From the NCBI RefSeq assembly GCF_004376175.1, contig NZ_SNUY01000008.1, forward strand, positions 23,311-55,310: a DNA stretch of 32,000 bases, read 5' to 3'. Position 1 is the first letter of the stretch. Each line of letters opens with the position of its first letter. Made by a program: the position numbers and the translations under genes. This DNA is from Halalkalibacterium halodurans (GTDB taxonomy: Bacteria; Bacillota; Bacilli; Bacillales; Bacillaceae_D). The notes under the pieces were generated by a model. That model worked only from the letters and a program-made list of their open reading frames with translations, was not told the origin of the DNA and did not search any database. This document shows positions 30,367 to 32,000 of this stretch, one piece after another.

Positions 30367-30384
30367 AGAGCTTGTTCAAAAAGC
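30367..30384. repeat. Left terminal inverted repeat of the IS (agagcttgttcaaaaagc)
   Basis: Exact reverse complement of 31983-32000. Confidence 0.85.
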
Positions 30385-30482
30385 CATAAAATCCGAAAAA
30401 AAATAAAAATGCACCTTAGCGAAAAATGGTAAAATGGAAGTAACGAATCAACCAAAAATACCAATTTGCGAGGTGCATTTTC

Positions 30483-31799
30483 ATGGATATGCAGCTAGAA
30501 CTGCTTCCTTACCACTACTATAACACACTCGGTTTCGATGTGGAATTGATAGATTATATTGATCATGTTGATGATTCTATTGTCTTGGAAAAAATGAAAC
30601 CATTATATAAAGGCGGTGGTCGCCCGCCTATTGATGCTAGGACGTATTTTCGTATGCATTATTTGTACTTTACACGGCCTGAGATCACGTCTTTTAGAGA
30701 GCTCTGCAGACAGCTGAAGGACCCTAAGAATCAGGCATGGCGCAACTTCATCGGCACTCCAAACATAAAGGATGTTCCTGTTCATTCGAGCTTGACTCAT
30801 TTTCGTCATACTCTGACACCCGAGCACTTTTATAAAATCTTATTCGATTTCATTGGTCAGGCCCTGAAACTGGATGGTTTTTTAGAACCAACTCTTGCGG
30901 GAATTGATTCTAGACCCGTCTTTGCTCACGTGAATGGCTATAAAAAGAAACGTTGTGCTTGTGAAGATAAAGAGACATGTGAATGCGACAAAACGTATTC
31001 GGATCCCGATGCCAAAGTAGGCGTTCAGCGGAATAAAGCCAATCAGAATAAATTTTTTATTGGCTATCGAAAACATTCGATTGTTTGCCCCGCACCCTCG
31101 GGTCCTGTTGTTCTCTTGTCTATTATTCTTCCACCAGATACTCACGATGTCGATGTTCTTCTTCCGTTGGTTGAAAAACTAAAAGAAATCGGTGATTTGA
31201 AGGTAGAGTATCTTGTGGCAGATTTAGGCTATTTCAGTGCCGAACACCAGATAGAATCTTTACATAAACATGATGTGGCCGTCGTAACAGATTTCAAAAA
31301 GAATACGGTCATCCCTGAAACTTGTTCATCAGAAGGAAAGCCTGAATGTGAAGCTGGCCATGAACTCCTATGGGATGGATTTGAGAAGGAAACCTATACG
31401 TCTTGGTTTCATGGTGACGAAACCAAATGTATGTCCTGTCCATTACAGGCTACTTGTAATAAGCAATTCGGTTTCACCTTTGAAGAAAACCCATTCTTCT
31501 ATGGTCCAGTTCCACAAGGGTCAGAGCTTCAAGAACGGATGTTAAACTTTCGTAAGCAAGTGGAGCTATCTTTTGCACATGAATCGAATCAGCTCGATTC
31601 TGTGATGCGACATAAAAAGGTGCCAGTAAAGACCACCAAGAGAGTCCAATCTTTCTTCATCATGAGAGATTTGTTTCGACTCATTCAACGGATGATCAAA
31701 CACATACGAGATACGGTCTTACCTGGAAATCATGTTGAAGCTATAAGGAAATTACAGGAAATCCAAGTGGAACAGCTTTCCTTGCCGATAGCTAGCTAA
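30483..31799 (+). CDS. DDE transposase (DUF772 N-terminal domain plus DDE_Tnp_1 catalytic domain, IS5/IS1182-like)
   Basis: N-terminal GGGRPPIDARTYFRMHYLYF...FRELCRQL...WRNFIG resembles the InsH/DUF772 domain. Candidate DDE residues are in GIDSRPVFAH, VADLGYFSAE and VELSFAHESNQLD. Has Cys-rich inserts (CACEDKETCEC, CMSCPLQATC) and the SDPDAKVG motif. RBS GAGGTG is 7 nt before the ATG. Confidence 0.8.
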   Translation: MDMQLELLPYHYYNTLGFDVELIDYIDHVDDSIVLEKMKPLYKGGGRPPIDARTYFRMHYLYFTRPEITSFRELCRQLKDPKNQAWRNFIGTPNIKDVPVHSSLTHFRHTLTPEHFYKILFDFIGQALKLDGFLEPTLAGIDSRPVFAHVNGYKKKRCACEDKETCECDKTYSDPDAKVGVQRNKANQNKFFIGYRKHSIVCPAPSGPVVLLSIILPPDTHDVDVLLPLVEKLKEIGDLKVEYLVADLGYFSAEHQIESLHKHDVAVVTDFKKNTVIPETCSSEGKPECEAGHELLWDGFEKETYTSWFHGDETKCMSCPLQATCNKQFGFTFEENPFFYGPVPQGSELQERMLNFRKQVELSFAHESNQLDSVMRHKKVPVKTTKRVQSFFIMRDLFRLIQRMIKHIRDTVLPGNHVEAIRKLQEIQVEQLSLPIAS

Positions 31800-31982
31800 T
31801 TTAACCCCAATCAAACCTTTTTCAAAAAATTGTCTATGGTCCAAGGGAGAAGTCTACCCTTTTTTAGGTGCGATTTTGAGTGGGGCGAAGGTACATTTTT
31901 TTGTCTGAAATTATTTTACTTTCATTACCATTAATGGAAGTGTAGTCAACTGATTTTCTATTTATGATTTGATTAAAAAGGT

Positions 31983-32000
31983 GCTTTTTGAACAAGCTCT
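31983..32000. repeat. Right terminal inverted repeat of the IS (gctttttgaacaagctct)
   Basis: Exact reverse complement of 30367-30384. It may extend beyond the window. Confidence 0.85.

Larger units (their letters stand above)
30367..32000 (+). mobile_element. Insertion sequence, IS5/IS1182-like, apparently complete, right end at the window edge
   Basis: 18-bp perfect terminal inverted repeats flank a single 438-aa DDE transposase ORF. At least 1634 bp long. Confidence 0.8.

Overview
This window looks like ordinary, conserved chromosome from a spore-forming Bacillaceae genome of roughly 43-44% GC by eye. An alkaliphilic Bacillus/Halalkalibacterium-like origin is only my inference. Gene order follows the Bacillus subtilis yqeV-to-yqfQ segment almost gene for gene: mtaB, rpsU, yqeY, nfeD(yqeZ)-floA-yqfB, yqfC-yqfD, phoH-pgpH-ybeY-dgkA-cdd-era, yqzL-recO, T-box-glyQS, ccpN-yqfL, yqxD-dnaG-sigA, cccA, trmK-yqfO, and ispH on the minus strand. 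Nearly all genes sit on the + strand, with short gaps or overlapping start/stop codons and clear rho-independent terminators between operons. Compared with my recollection of B. subtilis there are four extra genes: a stand-alone deoC, a DUF502 membrane-protein gene inside the ybeY-era operon, an orphan 176-aa membrane protein upstream of cccA, and a small CarD/CdnL-like gene upstream of ispH. The only accessory DNA is in the last 4 kb. One piece is a frameshifted, truncated ISL3-family relic between the convergent yqfO and ispH genes. The other is an apparently intact IS5/IS1182-like insertion sequence with 18-bp perfect terminal inverted repeats, whose right end coincides with the window edge. 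That IS sits about 60 bp upstream of the CarD-like gene and carries internal repeats that can occlude its own ribosome-binding site. I found no CRISPR array, tRNA or rRNA gene, defence island, toxin-antitoxin pair, or any multi-gene cluster of unknown function. I therefore cannot support a claim that a novel system is present. The best follow-up items are the IS-related structures and a few regulatory motifs.
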